Below, piece after piece: positions 20,946 to 29,320 of a stretch of 64,000 nt of DNA; within the stretch, counting starts at the first letter, position 1; every line of letters starts with the position of its first letter. The translations under genes and the position numbers were made by a program. Source of the stretch: an uncultured Bacilli bacterium (GTDB lineage Bacteria > Bacillota_I > Bacilli_A > RF39 > UBA660); NCBI GenBank assembly GCA_934096555.1, contig CAKOMD010000002.1, positions 3,128 through 67,127 of the forward strand, given 5' to 3'. The notes beneath the pieces are model-generated. The model did not search any database. It saw only the letters and a list, made by a program, of their open reading frames with translations, and was not told the origin of the DNA.

Positions 20946-21043
20946 GGCTTCTTTTACTTTATAAAGTAAAATAAATATTAATTTTATTATTGATTAAATC
21001 TGCTATTTATTATATAATTATATTGAAAATAGGTGAGACAATT

Positions 21044-22204
21044 ATGAAATATAAAGATTTAATAAAGAATAATTTGAAGTTTATTATAGCCATGTCTGTT
21101 GTAATAGCCTTTGGTATCATTGGAATAACATTTGCTATAAGTATAGATACCTTTAATCCTATAGGTATAAATGTTAGTACAGCCACACTAGGAGCCAACA
21201 TAACTTATCTTAATGGTAGTAGTGCTGCAATTACTAATACAGGTAACCTCTTGCCAATTAATGATGTAAAAACAGAAATAACGCCAAGTACTACTGATAG
21301 CAGGGTATTAAAGATAGATTTTAAATTATCAGGAGTTTCAACTAATCCTGATAATACAATAATGGATATATCACTTAATAGTGTCGATATAAGCTGTCCT
21401 TTAAGAAACGAATATTTTAAATGGAAACTATATAAAGATGGAACCTTAATAAGTACTGGTAATTTTTCACCAAAATTTGATATTATTGAAAATAATAGAA
21501 TAGTGTTAACAAGTACCCAGGAAAGCTTAGCAATTACAGGTAATACATATTCATTAATATTTTATATTGCCGAAAGTTGTACTGGTGATTTAAGTACTTG
21601 TAATGCCAATAACGAACAATATAATCAGTCTGGTATATTAGCTAAACATTTTTCGGCTATAATGAAAGTCGAACTATCAACTGGTAGTAAGAAAACAAAT
21701 ACTAGGAAAACAAGTAATAATTATTCTTGCTATGTGGAACAAATAGCGGTTCCAACCTGTAATAGCAATTTGACATATAATGGTGGTGCTCAGGAGTTAA
21801 TTACTGATGAAAATGGTAATATTAGATTTACAAACAATTCAGGAACTGATGCTGGTAGTTATACAGTTATAGTTCGTCCAAAATCAAGTTCAATGTCTTG
21901 GAAAGATGGTACAATTGATAGTAAGCCAATAATTTGTACGATTGCCAAAAAAGAAGTAACAATCACACCTAGCGCTCAGACTATAACGCAAGATGGTAAT
22001 GTTGTAAGTGATCCGACTAAATTAACTGTTACAGGTCTAGTTTCAGGTCATTCTATAAGTCACATACACTTATATACCGATCGTTATGCAACTGGTACAG
22101 GAACTATTTATGCTAGTGCAGCCCAAGTAGTAGATTCAAGTGGTAATGATGTTACCGACAATTATAGTTTTACTTATAATACAGGTACAGTTACAATTAA
22201 ATAA
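21044..22204 (+). CDS. N-terminally anchored surface protein with C-terminal MBG-like repeats
   Basis: TM anchor followed by a Ser/Thr-rich beta domain similar in style to 7269..8801. The C-terminus carries TYNGGAQEL...GTDAGSYTVIV and ...SGNDVTDNYSFTYNTGTVTIK, the pattern typical of MBG/YDG-type adhesin repeats. The start is placed at ATG 21044. Confidence 0.6.
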   Translation: MKYKDLIKNNLKFIIAMSVVIAFGIIGITFAISIDTFNPIGINVSTATLGANITYLNGSSAAITNTGNLLPINDVKTEITPSTTDSRVLKIDFKLSGVSTNPDNTIMDISLNSVDISCPLRNEYFKWKLYKDGTLISTGNFSPKFDIIENNRIVLTSTQESLAITGNTYSLIFYIAESCTGDLSTCNANNEQYNQSGILAKHFSAIMKVELSTGSKKTNTRKTSNNYSCYVEQIAVPTCNSNLTYNGGAQELITDENGNIRFTNNSGTDAGSYTVIVRPKSSSMSWKDGTIDSKPIICTIAKKEVTITPSAQTITQDGNVVSDPTKLTVTGLVSGHSISHIHLYTDRYATGTGTIYASAAQVVDSSGNDVTDNYSFTYNTGTVTIK

Positions 22205-22282
22205 TTAATAAGAACAAATTAAACGTTTGTTCTTTCTTTTTCTACTAAATTGTTATATAATATTTGAGAAAGAAGGAATACA

Positions 22283-23317
22283 ATGAAGACTGACGATTTT
22301 GATTATTATTTACCAGAAGAACTAATTGCTCAAGTACCACTAGAACACAGAGAGGAATCAAGACTTCTTGTTATGGATAGAGATACTGGTAAATTAGAAG
22401 ATAAGAAATTTTATAATATAGTAGATTATTTACATAAAGGTGATGTACTAGTACTTAATGATACTAAAGTAATGCCCGCTAGATTAATAGGTGAAAAAGA
22501 AGAAACAGGAGCTGTTATTGAAGTATTACTACTTAAGAATATTGATGGTAATAATTGGGAATGCCTAGTAAAACCCGCTAAAAGAATACATGAAGGTACA
22601 GTAGTATCATTTGGTAATGGTCTATTAAAAGCTAAATGTACTGGTGTAAAAGATGAAGGAATAAGAAATTTTGAATTTATTTATGATGGAATATTCTATG
22701 AAATATTAGATAAATTAGGTACTATGCCACTTCCACCATATATCAAGACAAAATTAGATGATCAATCAAGATATCAGACAGTATATGCTAAAAATGTTGG
22801 TAGTGCCGCCGCTCCAACTGCTGGACTTCACTTTACTAAAGAACTATTAAAACAAATAGAAGATCTAGGAGTAACAGTTTGTTATATAACATTGCATGTA
22901 GGACTAGGAACATTTAGACCTGTAAATGTTGAAGATGTTACTAAACATAAGATGCATAGTGAATTTTATAGTATGAATAAAGTGGCAGCAGATATTCTAA
23001 ATAAAGCCAAAGAAGAAAATAGATGTATAGTAGCAGTAGGAACAACAACTACTAGAACATTGGAAACTATTATGAGTAAATATGATACCTTTAAAGAGTG
23101 TAGTGGTTGGACGGATATATTTATTTATCCTGGTTATGAATTTAAAGGAATAGACTCCTTGATAACAAACTTTCATTTACCAAAATCAACATTAATTATG
23201 CTAGTATCAGCTCTTGCGGGTAAAGAAAATATTATGAATGCTTATAAACATGCTGTAGAGGAAAAATATAGATTCTTTTCATTCGGTGATGCAATGTTTA
23301 TAAAAAAGAACAAATAA
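22283..23317 (+). CDS. queA: S-adenosylmethionine:tRNA ribosyltransferase-isomerase
   Basis: [30 protein letters not shown]...[13 protein letters not shown] and GTTTTRTLE are present. 344 aa. Confidence 0.95.
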   Translation: MKTDDFDYYLPEELIAQVPLEHREESRLLVMDRDTGKLEDKKFYNIVDYLHKGDVLVLNDTKVMPARLIGEKEETGAVIEVLLLKNIDGNNWECLVKPAKRIHEGTVVSFGNGLLKAKCTGVKDEGIRNFEFIYDGIFYEILDKLGTMPLPPYIKTKLDDQSRYQTVYAKNVGSAAAPTAGLHFTKELLKQIEDLGVTVCYITLHVGLGTFRPVNVEDVTKHKMHSEFYSMNKVAADILNKAKEENRCIVAVGTTTTRTLETIMSKYDTFKECSGWTDIFIYPGYEFKGIDSLITNFHLPKSTLIMLVSALAGKENIMNAYKHAVEEKYRFFSFGDAMFIKKNK

Positions 23318-23320
23318 ATA

Positions 23321-23349
23321 TTTACATTCTACTAAATTTATTATATAAT
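23321..23349 (+). promoter_or_regulatory. promoter of tRNA-Leu, embedded in a 10-bp inverted repeat
   Basis: TTTACA (23321-26), 17-nt spacer, TATAAT (23344-49). CTACTAAATT (23329-38) and AATTTAGTAG (23348-57) form a perfect inverted repeat across the -10. Confidence 0.5.
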
Positions 23350-23360
23350 TTAGTAGTAAT

Positions 23361-23447
23361 GCTTGTGTGGCGGAATTGGTAGACGCACTGGACTCAAAAT
23401 CCAGCGGTATAAAAGCCATGTGGGTCCGAGTCCCACCACAAGCACCA
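23361..23447 (+). tRNA. tRNA-Leu (anticodon CAA)
   Basis: GCTTGTGTGGCGGAATTGGTAGACGCACTGGACTCAAAATCCAG...long variable arm...GGGTCCGAGTCCCACCACAAGCACCA. The acceptor stem GCTTGTG/CACAAGC pairs fully, the anticodon loop is CTCAAAA, and CCA is encoded. Confidence 0.9.
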
Positions 23448-23458
23448 CTGAATACATT

Positions 23459-23483
23459 AAGCCTATGTAAAGTGGGCTTTTTA
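23459..23483 (+). terminator. terminator after tRNA-Leu
   Basis: AAGCC / GGCTT stem with an 11-nt loop, followed by TTTTT. A second hairpin (AGAGGACTAAT..ATTAGTTCTCT) follows at ~23499-23527. Confidence 0.45.
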
Positions 23484-23575
23484 AATATAAGAAAATAGAG
23501 GACTAATAACCAAATTAGTTCTCTTTCTTTATATAACTAGTAATGATGACTAAAAAGGCGAACAGTTAATTGTAA

Positions 23576-23822
23576 TGAAAAAAATAAAAATACAAAAAAA
23601 TCAAAAATAAGAAACAACAGAAAATAGAAAAAACAAGAAAAAGCAAAAAATAATTTACATACATTGCAGCGGCAAATTGAGGACAAACGCTTATAAAATA
23701 AGGAGAAACTAAATATAATATACAAGAAAATGAAAAAACAAAAAATATAAAAAATAGAAAAATTGAAAAAGCGAAAAAAATAAAAATGTAAAAAATGTAA
23801 AAAAATAAAAAAGCAAACAAAA
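23576..23822 (+). repeat. A-tract / polypurine-biased low-complexity block (two segments)
   Basis: 23576-23654 and 23727-23822 consist almost only of A5-8 runs separated by 1-4 nt (e.g. AAAAATGTAAAAAATGTAAAAAAATAAAAAAGCAAACAAAAAAC), with very few T on the + strand. A ~70-nt mixed segment separates them. Confidence 0.8.
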
Positions 23823-23827
23823 AACTA

Positions 23828-23856
23828 TTGACAACTAAATTCACCTAATATATAAT
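23828..23856 (+). promoter_or_regulatory. consensus sigma-A promoter of nrdD
   Basis: TTGACA (23828-33), exactly 17 nt, TATAAT (23851-56). The nrdD ATG lies 32 nt downstream, behind GGAAAGGAAG. Confidence 0.65.
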
Positions 23857-23887
23857 TAACTTGTATCGTAGGAAAGGAAGTAAAACA

Positions 23888-26191
23888 ATGATTGAAACAG
23901 AAGAAAAATTAGAGACAATAGAAGTCGTAAAAAGAAACGGAAAAAAAGTGGAGTTTGATGGTGCTAAAGTAGCCATGGCTATCAAAAAAGGCTTTGATAG
24001 TGTACTATTAGATGCCGAAGAAGACGAAAAAAAATATAACACTAAAGATATTCAAAAAGTATATCAAGCTGTAATTAAAAAAATAGCTAAAGATTATCTA
24101 CCATTAGGTAAAATAAAAATAGAAGAGATACAAGATTTAATTGAAGAGAATCTTAAAAAGTATGATTATCAAGATGTCTATGAAAGCTTTTCAGAATACA
24201 GACAAAGAAGAGCTAATGCTAGAATAGCTTTTAGAGACGATAAAAATATGGCTAAGCTTCAAAAAAGTATTGAAGGCCTTGGCCTTAGAAGTGCTACTGA
24301 AGAAGATTCTAAGAGAGAGAATGCCAATATCGATGGTAACTCTGCGATGGGTACAATGCTTCAGTTTGGTAGTACTATATCAAGAGCGTTTACAGAAGCA
24401 TACTTAATGAAAAAGAAATTTGCTGAAGCTCATGATAATGGTGATATTCATATTCATGATATGGACTTTGAAGCTATGGGTACTACAACTTGTATGCAAA
24501 TAGATTTAAATAAATTATTTAAAGGCGGCTTTTCCACTGGACATGGACACTTAAGAGAACCACAAGATATCATGAGTTATGGAGCCCTAGCGGCCATTGC
24601 TATCCAGTCTAACCAAAATGATCAGCATGGCGGACAGTCAATACCGGCTTTTGACTATTATTTAGCACCAGGAGTATTAAAGACATTTAAAAAGCAATTT
24701 AAACAAGCTGTATATGAACTTTTAGATTTTACAGATTTTATTAGTTTTGTCAATATGGATAGAGTAGAGAAAGAAATAGACAAACTAACTAGTATAGATG
24801 TTGATTTAACAGTATTTGAAGGTATCTATAAAGATAGTACTGAAGTAAAGAAAATTTTTGAAAAAGGTTATGAAACAGCATATAAGAAAACAGATAGAGC
24901 AACATATCAAGCTATGGAAGCTTTTGTTCACAATTTAAATACAATGCACTCAAGAGCAGGAGCTCAAGTACCATTTTCAAGTGTAAACTTTGGCACTGAT
25001 ACTTCACCAGAAGGAAGAATGGTAATGAAAAATTATCTATTAGCGGTAGATGCTGGACTAGGTAAGAATGAAACTCCAATATTCCCAATATCAATATTTA
25101 AAGTAAAAGAAGGAGTTAACTATAATCCAGGAGATCCTAATTATGATTTATTCAAGTTATCTTGTAAAGTATCCGCTAAAAGATTGTTCCCTAACTTCTC
25201 ATTTATGGATTCATCATTCAATAAACCTTATTATAAAGGAGACTATAATACAGAAGTTGGTTATATGGGATGTAGAACTAGGGTAATTGGTAATGTTGTA
25301 GACGAAGATAAGGCTGTAACACCAGGACGTGGTAACTTATCATTTACTTCAATTAACTTACCAAGACTTGGTATTAAACATGGTATTGTCAGAAATGATG
25401 AAACTGATATGAAAGGCTTTTACGAAGAACTAGGAGAATTAATGGACTTAGTAAAAGATCAGCTACTAGAAAGATTTGAAATTCAGTGTAATAAGAGAAT
25501 ATATAACTTCCCATTCCTACTCGGTCAAGGAATATGGATTGATTCTGAAAAATTAAAAATGAATGATAGACTAAGAAAAGTATTAAAACATGGAACATTG
25601 TCAATAGGTTTCATTGGACTAGCAGAATGCTTAAAAGCTTTAATTGGAAAACATCATGGCGAAAGTGATGAGGCTCAAAAACTTGGTCTTGAAATAATTG
25701 AGTTCATGAGAAAAAGATGCGATGAGTATTCAGAAGAATATCATCTAAACTTCACATTACTTGCTACTCCAGCAGAAGGTTTATCAGGAAGATTTGTTAA
25801 TATTGATAAAGCTATATATGGTAAGATTAAAGGAGTTACTGATAGAGAGTACTATACTAACTCATTCCATGTACCAGTATACTATAATATATCAATAGTA
25901 AATAAAATTAAGAAAGAAGGACCATATCATAAATATACAAATGCAGGACATATTAGTTACATTGAATTAGATGGTGATACTACTAATAACCTTGAAGCAT
26001 TTGAAAAGATAGTAAGACTTATGCATGATAATGATATGGGATATGCTGCAATTAACCATCCAGTAGATAGAGATCCAGTATGTGGTTATGTTGGTGTAAT
26101 CGGAGATGTTTGCCCAGGATGCGGCAGAAAAGCCTATGAAGGCGTTCCAGTAGAAAAAGTAAATGAATATAAAAATAGTTGTGATTGTTAA
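23888..26191 (+). CDS. nrdD: anaerobic ribonucleoside-triphosphate reductase (class III), lacking the glycyl-radical tail
   Basis: N-terminal ATP-cone-like VVKRNGKKVEFDGAKV, then DIHIHDMD, catalytic-core motifs, and a C-terminal Cys cluster CGYVGVIGDVCPGCG...SCDC. It ends at TAA 26189-91, before any RxxGY glycyl-radical motif. The start is placed at ATG 23888 because the track start (23861) lies within 5 nt of the -10 box. Confidence 0.9.
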   Translation: MIETEEKLETIEVVKRNGKKVEFDGAKVAMAIKKGFDSVLLDAEEDEKKYNTKDIQKVYQAVIKKIAKDYLPLGKIKIEEIQDLIEENLKKYDYQDVYESFSEYRQRRANARIAFRDDKNMAKLQKSIEGLGLRSATEEDSKRENANIDGNSAMGTMLQFGSTISRAFTEAYLMKKKFAEAHDNGDIHIHDMDFEAMGTTTCMQIDLNKLFKGGFSTGHGHLREPQDIMSYGALAAIAIQSNQNDQHGGQSIPAFDYYLAPGVLKTFKKQFKQAVYELLDFTDFISFVNMDRVEKEIDKLTSIDVDLTVFEGIYKDSTEVKKIFEKGYETAYKKTDRATYQAMEAFVHNLNTMHSRAGAQVPFSSVNFGTDTSPEGRMVMKNYLLAVDAGLGKNETPIFPISIFKVKEGVNYNPGDPNYDLFKLSCKVSAKRLFPNFSFMDSSFNKPYYKGDYNTEVGYMGCRTRVIGNVVDEDKAVTPGRGNLSFTSINLPRLGIKHGIVRNDETDMKGFYEELGELMDLVKDQLLERFEIQCNKRIYNFPFLLGQGIWIDSEKLKMNDRLRKVLKHGTLSIGFIGLAECLKALIGKHHGESDEAQKLGLEIIEFMRKRCDEYSEEYHLNFTLLATPAEGLSGRFVNIDKAIYGKIKGVTDREYYTNSFHVPVYYNISIVNKIKKEGPYHKYTNAGHISYIELDGDTTNNLEAFEKIVRLMHDNDMGYAAINHPVDRDPVCGYVGVIGDVCPGCGRKAYEGVPVEKVNEYKNSCDC

Positions 26192-26209
26192 AGAAAAGAG
26201 GTAATAAAA

Positions 26210-26380
26210 ATGAAAGAAGAAGAAAAAGTTAAATTAGTCGGTGAGGGTGTAGGTTTTGAAAGAATCAGAAGAATTACAGGATATCTAGTAGGAACTGTAG
26301 ACAGATTTAACAATGGTAAAAGAGCCGAGGAAAGAGATAGAGTAAAACACTCTACTGAAGGCTTAATGAAGGCAAAATAA
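26210..26380 (+). CDS. stand-alone NrdD glycyl-radical domain (56 aa)
   Basis: MKEEEKVKLVGEGVGFERIRRITGYLVGTVDRFNNGKRAEERDRVKHSTEGLMKAK carries the class III RNR C-terminal signature R-I-T-G-Y-L...N.GK..E...R..H. It is in the same frame as nrdD, 6 codons after its TAA, and preceded by AAAGAGGT 7 nt upstream of the ATG. It falls below the ORF-track size cutoff. Confidence 0.75.
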   Translation: MKEEEKVKLVGEGVGFERIRRITGYLVGTVDRFNNGKRAEERDRVKHSTEGLMKAK

Positions 26381-26382
26381 AA

Positions 26383-26943
26383 ATGGAAATAAGATTAGCC
26401 TCTCCAGTATTACAAACAGATAGTATTGTAGATGGCGAAGGTGTACGAGCAGTTCTTTGGACTCAAGGGTGCGGACATAAGTGCCCGGGATGTCATAATC
26501 CTGGCACTCATTCCTTTGATGATGGTATACTTCTAGATATTGAAGAAGTAAAGGCTCAAATAGATAACCTTGAAGGTCAAGATGGAATAACCTTCTCGGG
26601 AGGAGATCCAATGTATCAAGCGGATGCCTGTCTTGAACTTGCTAAATATATTAAGTCTAAGAAAATGAATATTTGGTGTTATACAGGATTCACATATGAA
26701 AACTTACTTAAACTAGGAGAAGTAAATCCTAAAATAATAGAACTCCTAAAACAAATAGATATTCTCGTGGATGGACCCTTCATCCTTGATAAGAAAAGTT
26801 ATGACTGCGTTTTTAGAGGCTCTACTAATCAAAGAATTATTGATCCTAAGAAGAGCCTAAAGGAAAAGAAAGTATGCCTCGTAGAGAAGTATTATCCTAA
26901 AGACAAAAAGAAAAATAGCAAAAGAGAGCGAATGTACATTTAA
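26383..26943 (+). CDS. nrdG: anaerobic ribonucleotide reductase activating protein (radical SAM)
   Basis: DGEGVRAVLWTQGCGHKCPGCHN contains the Cx3Cx2C-type cluster, followed by GITFSGGDP. Its position immediately after nrdD fits. Confidence 0.9.
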   Translation: MEIRLASPVLQTDSIVDGEGVRAVLWTQGCGHKCPGCHNPGTHSFDDGILLDIEEVKAQIDNLEGQDGITFSGGDPMYQADACLELAKYIKSKKMNIWCYTGFTYENLLKLGEVNPKIIELLKQIDILVDGPFILDKKSYDCVFRGSTNQRIIDPKKSLKEKKVCLVEKYYPKDKKKNSKRERMYI

Positions 26944-26956
26944 GCTCTCTTTTTAT
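26923..26956 (+). terminator. terminator after nrdG (convergent with the minus-strand gene)
   Basis: AGAGAGC / GCTCTCT stem spanning the nrdG stop, followed by TTTTATA. Confidence 0.55.
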
Positions 26957-27258
26957 AACATATACATTGAACCATCATCTTGGTAAGAATTACTATTAGT
27001 TAGTCTCTGCTCTAAAGATTTAACTCTTGTCTCTAAACTGTTTAGTCTACTATTAATATTATATAAAGTATTATTGCTATTATCATAACCATTTATATTA
27101 TTTTGTAGATTGTTAGGACTATAATTCATTCCCTGAGGAGCGTATGGCATCCCATTCATTAAACTACCTGGAGGCCCTTGATAACCAAAATTACCATACA
27201 TCATATTACCTGGCATATTCTGAAAATAACCATACTGCATCATATCTCTATTATCCAT
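26953..27258 (-). CDS. small low-complexity protein (Met/Asn/Gly/Tyr/Gln-rich) with C-terminal coiled segment
   Basis: The 101-aa translation begins MDNRDMMQYGYFQNMPGNMMYGNFGYQGPPGSLMNGMPYAPQGMNY and continues ...LNSLETRVKSLEQRL. RBS is AAAGGAA. It is the only minus-strand gene in this stretch. Confidence 0.55.
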   Translation of the reverse strand: MDNRDMMQYGYFQNMPGNMMYGNFGYQGPPGSLMNGMPYAPQGMNYSPNNLQNNINGYDNSNNTLYNINSRLNSLETRVKSLEQRLTNSNSYQDDGSMYML

Positions 27259-27329
27259 ATTATCACATTCCTTTACTTTATTATATGCAAATAACGATAA
27301 ATGTGCTATAATACTATTTGTGGTGAGTT

Positions 27330-27965
27330 ATGAGATTAAAAAATATAAAAGGTGCAAGTGAAAAAATACTATTAGGAAAATACTTTATAAATAATCCTAA
27401 TGAATATAAGGGTAAATGGCATGAACTATTTAAAAATAATAATCCTATCTATATAGAAATAGGTATGGGTAAAGGGAACTTCATTATAAAGAATGCTCTT
27501 GATAATCCAAATATTAATTACATAGGAATAGAAATGTATGATTCTGTTATCTTAAGAGCAGTAGAAAAAACTAATGAATTAGAACTTAATAATTTATATC
27601 TAATAAGAATGGATGCTAGATTAATTGAAGAAGTATTTGATAAAGAAATTGATTTAATATATCTAAACTTCTCTGATCCATGGCCTAAAGATAGACATGC
27701 TAAAAGAAGATTAACTAGTCCTAGATTCTTAGAAAGATATAGTAAAATATTTAGAGGCAATAATAAAATTATAATGAAGACAGATAATATAGATTTATTT
27801 AATTACTCAGTAGAATCTTTAAAAGAATATGGTTATAATATTGATTATTTAACTAATGATTTACATAGTGATAAAGATAATATTATTACTACTGAATATG
27901 AAGATAAGTTTACTAGTAAAGGTATTAAAATAAATTATTTTGAGGCCACTAAGGAGGTAAAATAA
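27330..27965 (+). CDS. trmB: tRNA (guanine-N7)-methyltransferase
   Basis: IEIGMGKGNF..., GIE..., LNFSDPWPK.RH.KRRL are typical TrmB motifs. 211 aa. Confidence 0.9.
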   Translation: MRLKNIKGASEKILLGKYFINNPNEYKGKWHELFKNNNPIYIEIGMGKGNFIIKNALDNPNINYIGIEMYDSVILRAVEKTNELELNNLYLIRMDARLIEEVFDKEIDLIYLNFSDPWPKDRHAKRRLTSPRFLERYSKIFRGNNKIIMKTDNIDLFNYSVESLKEYGYNIDYLTNDLHSDKDNIITTEYEDKFTSKGIKINYFEATKEVK

Positions 27966-28615
27966 TGAAAGTATTTAATAATATAGATGTTAATCCTACG
28001 GATATGAATTTATATATAACAGCAGTTACTCATTCATCTTATACTAATGAAAATCCTAGTTATCCTGATTATGAGAGATTAGAGTTTCTAGGAGATGCTG
28101 TTTTAGAGATAGTAATTAGTGATTATTTATATAAAGAAAGAAAGTATGAAGAAGGATTAATGACTAAGATGAGAGCATCTTATGTTTGTGAAGAAGCCTG
28201 TGCTACTTATGCTAAAGAAATGGGCTTAGATGAAGATATTAAAGTTGGATCTGGTGAAGAGGTAAATCAAACAATACTTGCTGATGTTTTTGAAGCCTTT
28301 GTAGCGGCTATTTACTTAGACCATGGTTTTGACTTTGTTAAGAAGTTTGTTCTTGATATTATTGTTAAATATATTGATAGGGGAGAGAACTTCTTGCATG
28401 ACTATAAGTCTACTCTTCAGGAATTAGTTCAGACTGTTAAGAAGTCTGTTACTTATGAAGTGGTAGATGAAGATGGACCTTCACATAACAAGACTTTTAC
28501 CTCTATTGTTAAGATAGATGGTATTGTTATGGGAAAGGGAACTGCAGGTAGTAAGAAGGCTTCTGAACAAGAAGCTGCAAGAGATGCTTTAAGTAAGAGA
28601 TCAGAAATTAATTAA
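27965..28615 (+). CDS. rnc: ribonuclease III
   Basis: RNase III signature ERLEFLGDAVLE, DVFEAFVAAIY, and a C-terminal dsRBD (GPSHNKTFT...GSKKASEQEAARDAL). Its start overlaps the trmB stop (TAATG). Confidence 0.9.
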   Translation: MKVFNNIDVNPTDMNLYITAVTHSSYTNENPSYPDYERLEFLGDAVLEIVISDYLYKERKYEEGLMTKMRASYVCEEACATYAKEMGLDEDIKVGSGEEVNQTILADVFEAFVAAIYLDHGFDFVKKFVLDIIVKYIDRGENFLHDYKSTLQELVQTVKKSVTYEVVDEDGPSHNKTFTSIVKIDGIVMGKGTAGSKKASEQEAARDALSKRSEIN

Positions 28616-28630
28616 TATTTATTATATGTT

Positions 28631-28688
28631 CACTCTAAGCCTCAGGTCTTAGAGTGTTATTTCGAGCCTAATTTTAGTCTCGAAATAA
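28631..28688 (+). repeat. paired-hairpin intergenic element, locus 3
   Basis: CACTCTAAG-CCTCAGGT-CTTAGAGTG (28631-56) is directly followed by TTATTTCGAG-CCTAATTTTAGT-CTCGAAATAA (28657-88). It starts 15 nt after the rnc stop. Confidence 0.85.
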
Positions 28689-28709
28689 AATCTATTATAT
28701 ATAAGCCAG

Positions 28710-28750
28710 GAATAAATACCTATGTAAAGTCAGGTATTTATTCTTTTATT
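28710..28750 (+). terminator. rho-independent terminator downstream of rnc
   Basis: GAATAAATACCT / AGGTATTTATTC 12-bp stem, 10-nt loop, then TTTTATT. Confidence 0.7.
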
Positions 28751-28796
28751 ATACTAAAAACTATGATACAATTAGTGTAGATAAGTGAGGTAAGAT

Positions 28797-29318
28797 ATGA
28801 AAATAGATAGAGTTATTACTGGTTCTTTAGAAGAAAACTGTTATATACTTGGAATAGAAGATAAAGTATTGGTAATAGATCCAGGTGATAATATAGATAA
28901 AATAAATAAAGTAATAAATAATAGAAAAGTACTTGGAGTATTAATTACTCATAGACATTTTGATCATATAGGAGCTTTATCTTATTTTGACAAAAATATA
29001 ATCTATGATAGAAGTAATACTGAAGAAAAAGAATATAAAATAGATAAATTTAATTTTAATGTTATATTTAATCCAGGTCATTCTAGTGATAGTATAAGTT
29101 TTTACTTTAAGAAAGAAAATATTCTCTTCTGTGGTGATTTTATCTTTTATGAAAGTATAGGAAGATGTGATTTATCTACTGGAGACTATAATATTATGAA
29201 AGAAAGTCTTAATAAGATAAAAAGTTATCCATTAAATATGCTAATATATCCAGGTCATGGAAGAGAGACTACTCTCAGACATGAACTAGAAAATAATATA
29301 TATTTTAGTGAGGTTTAA
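28797..29318 (+). CDS. MBL-fold metallo-hydrolase
   Basis: THRHFDHIG (HxHxDH) plus later His/Asp ligands (PGHSSDS, YPGHG). 173 aa. Confidence 0.8.
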   Translation: MKIDRVITGSLEENCYILGIEDKVLVIDPGDNIDKINKVINNRKVLGVLITHRHFDHIGALSYFDKNIIYDRSNTEEKEYKIDKFNFNVIFNPGHSSDSISFYFKKENILFCGDFIFYESIGRCDLSTGDYNIMKESLNKIKSYPLNMLIYPGHGRETTLRHELENNIYFSEV

Positions 29319-29320
29319 TT

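Noticed and set aside
17082-22204. Reading the hydrolase/lipoprotein region as a prophage lysis module or a conjugative element.
   Set aside because: No holin, integrase, relaxase, coupling ATPase, capsid or tail genes are present. The flanks are core genes (rpoZ, spoVS, queA).
23462-23473. The 12-mer CCTATGTAAAGT sits in a terminator hairpin at both 23462-23473 (loop) and 28719-28730 (5' stem end plus loop).
   Set aside because: In 64 kb of AT-rich sequence, many identical 12-mers are expected by chance. The surrounding stems are unrelated, so I treat this as coincidence unless more copies appear genome-wide.
23576-23822. A-rich periodic block as a CRISPR array or other repeat-spacer structure.
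   Set aside because: There is no defined repeat of 20 nt or more and no unique spacers, only degenerate A-runs. No cas genes are in the window.
23838-23860. NrdR box overlapping the nrdD -10 region.
   Set aside because: The best match I could align to the acaCwAtATaTwGtgt consensus (ACCTAATATATAATTA) shares only about 11 of 16 positions. It lacks the flanking GT/AC, and no second box lies at the expected spacing.
23537-24042. Phe/Leu-rich minus-strand ORFs (23537..23725, 23566..23844, 23845..24042).
   Set aside because: They are translations of the complement of the A-tract block and of the nrdD 5' end. They are low complexity, have no RBS, and overlap a strong + strand promoter.
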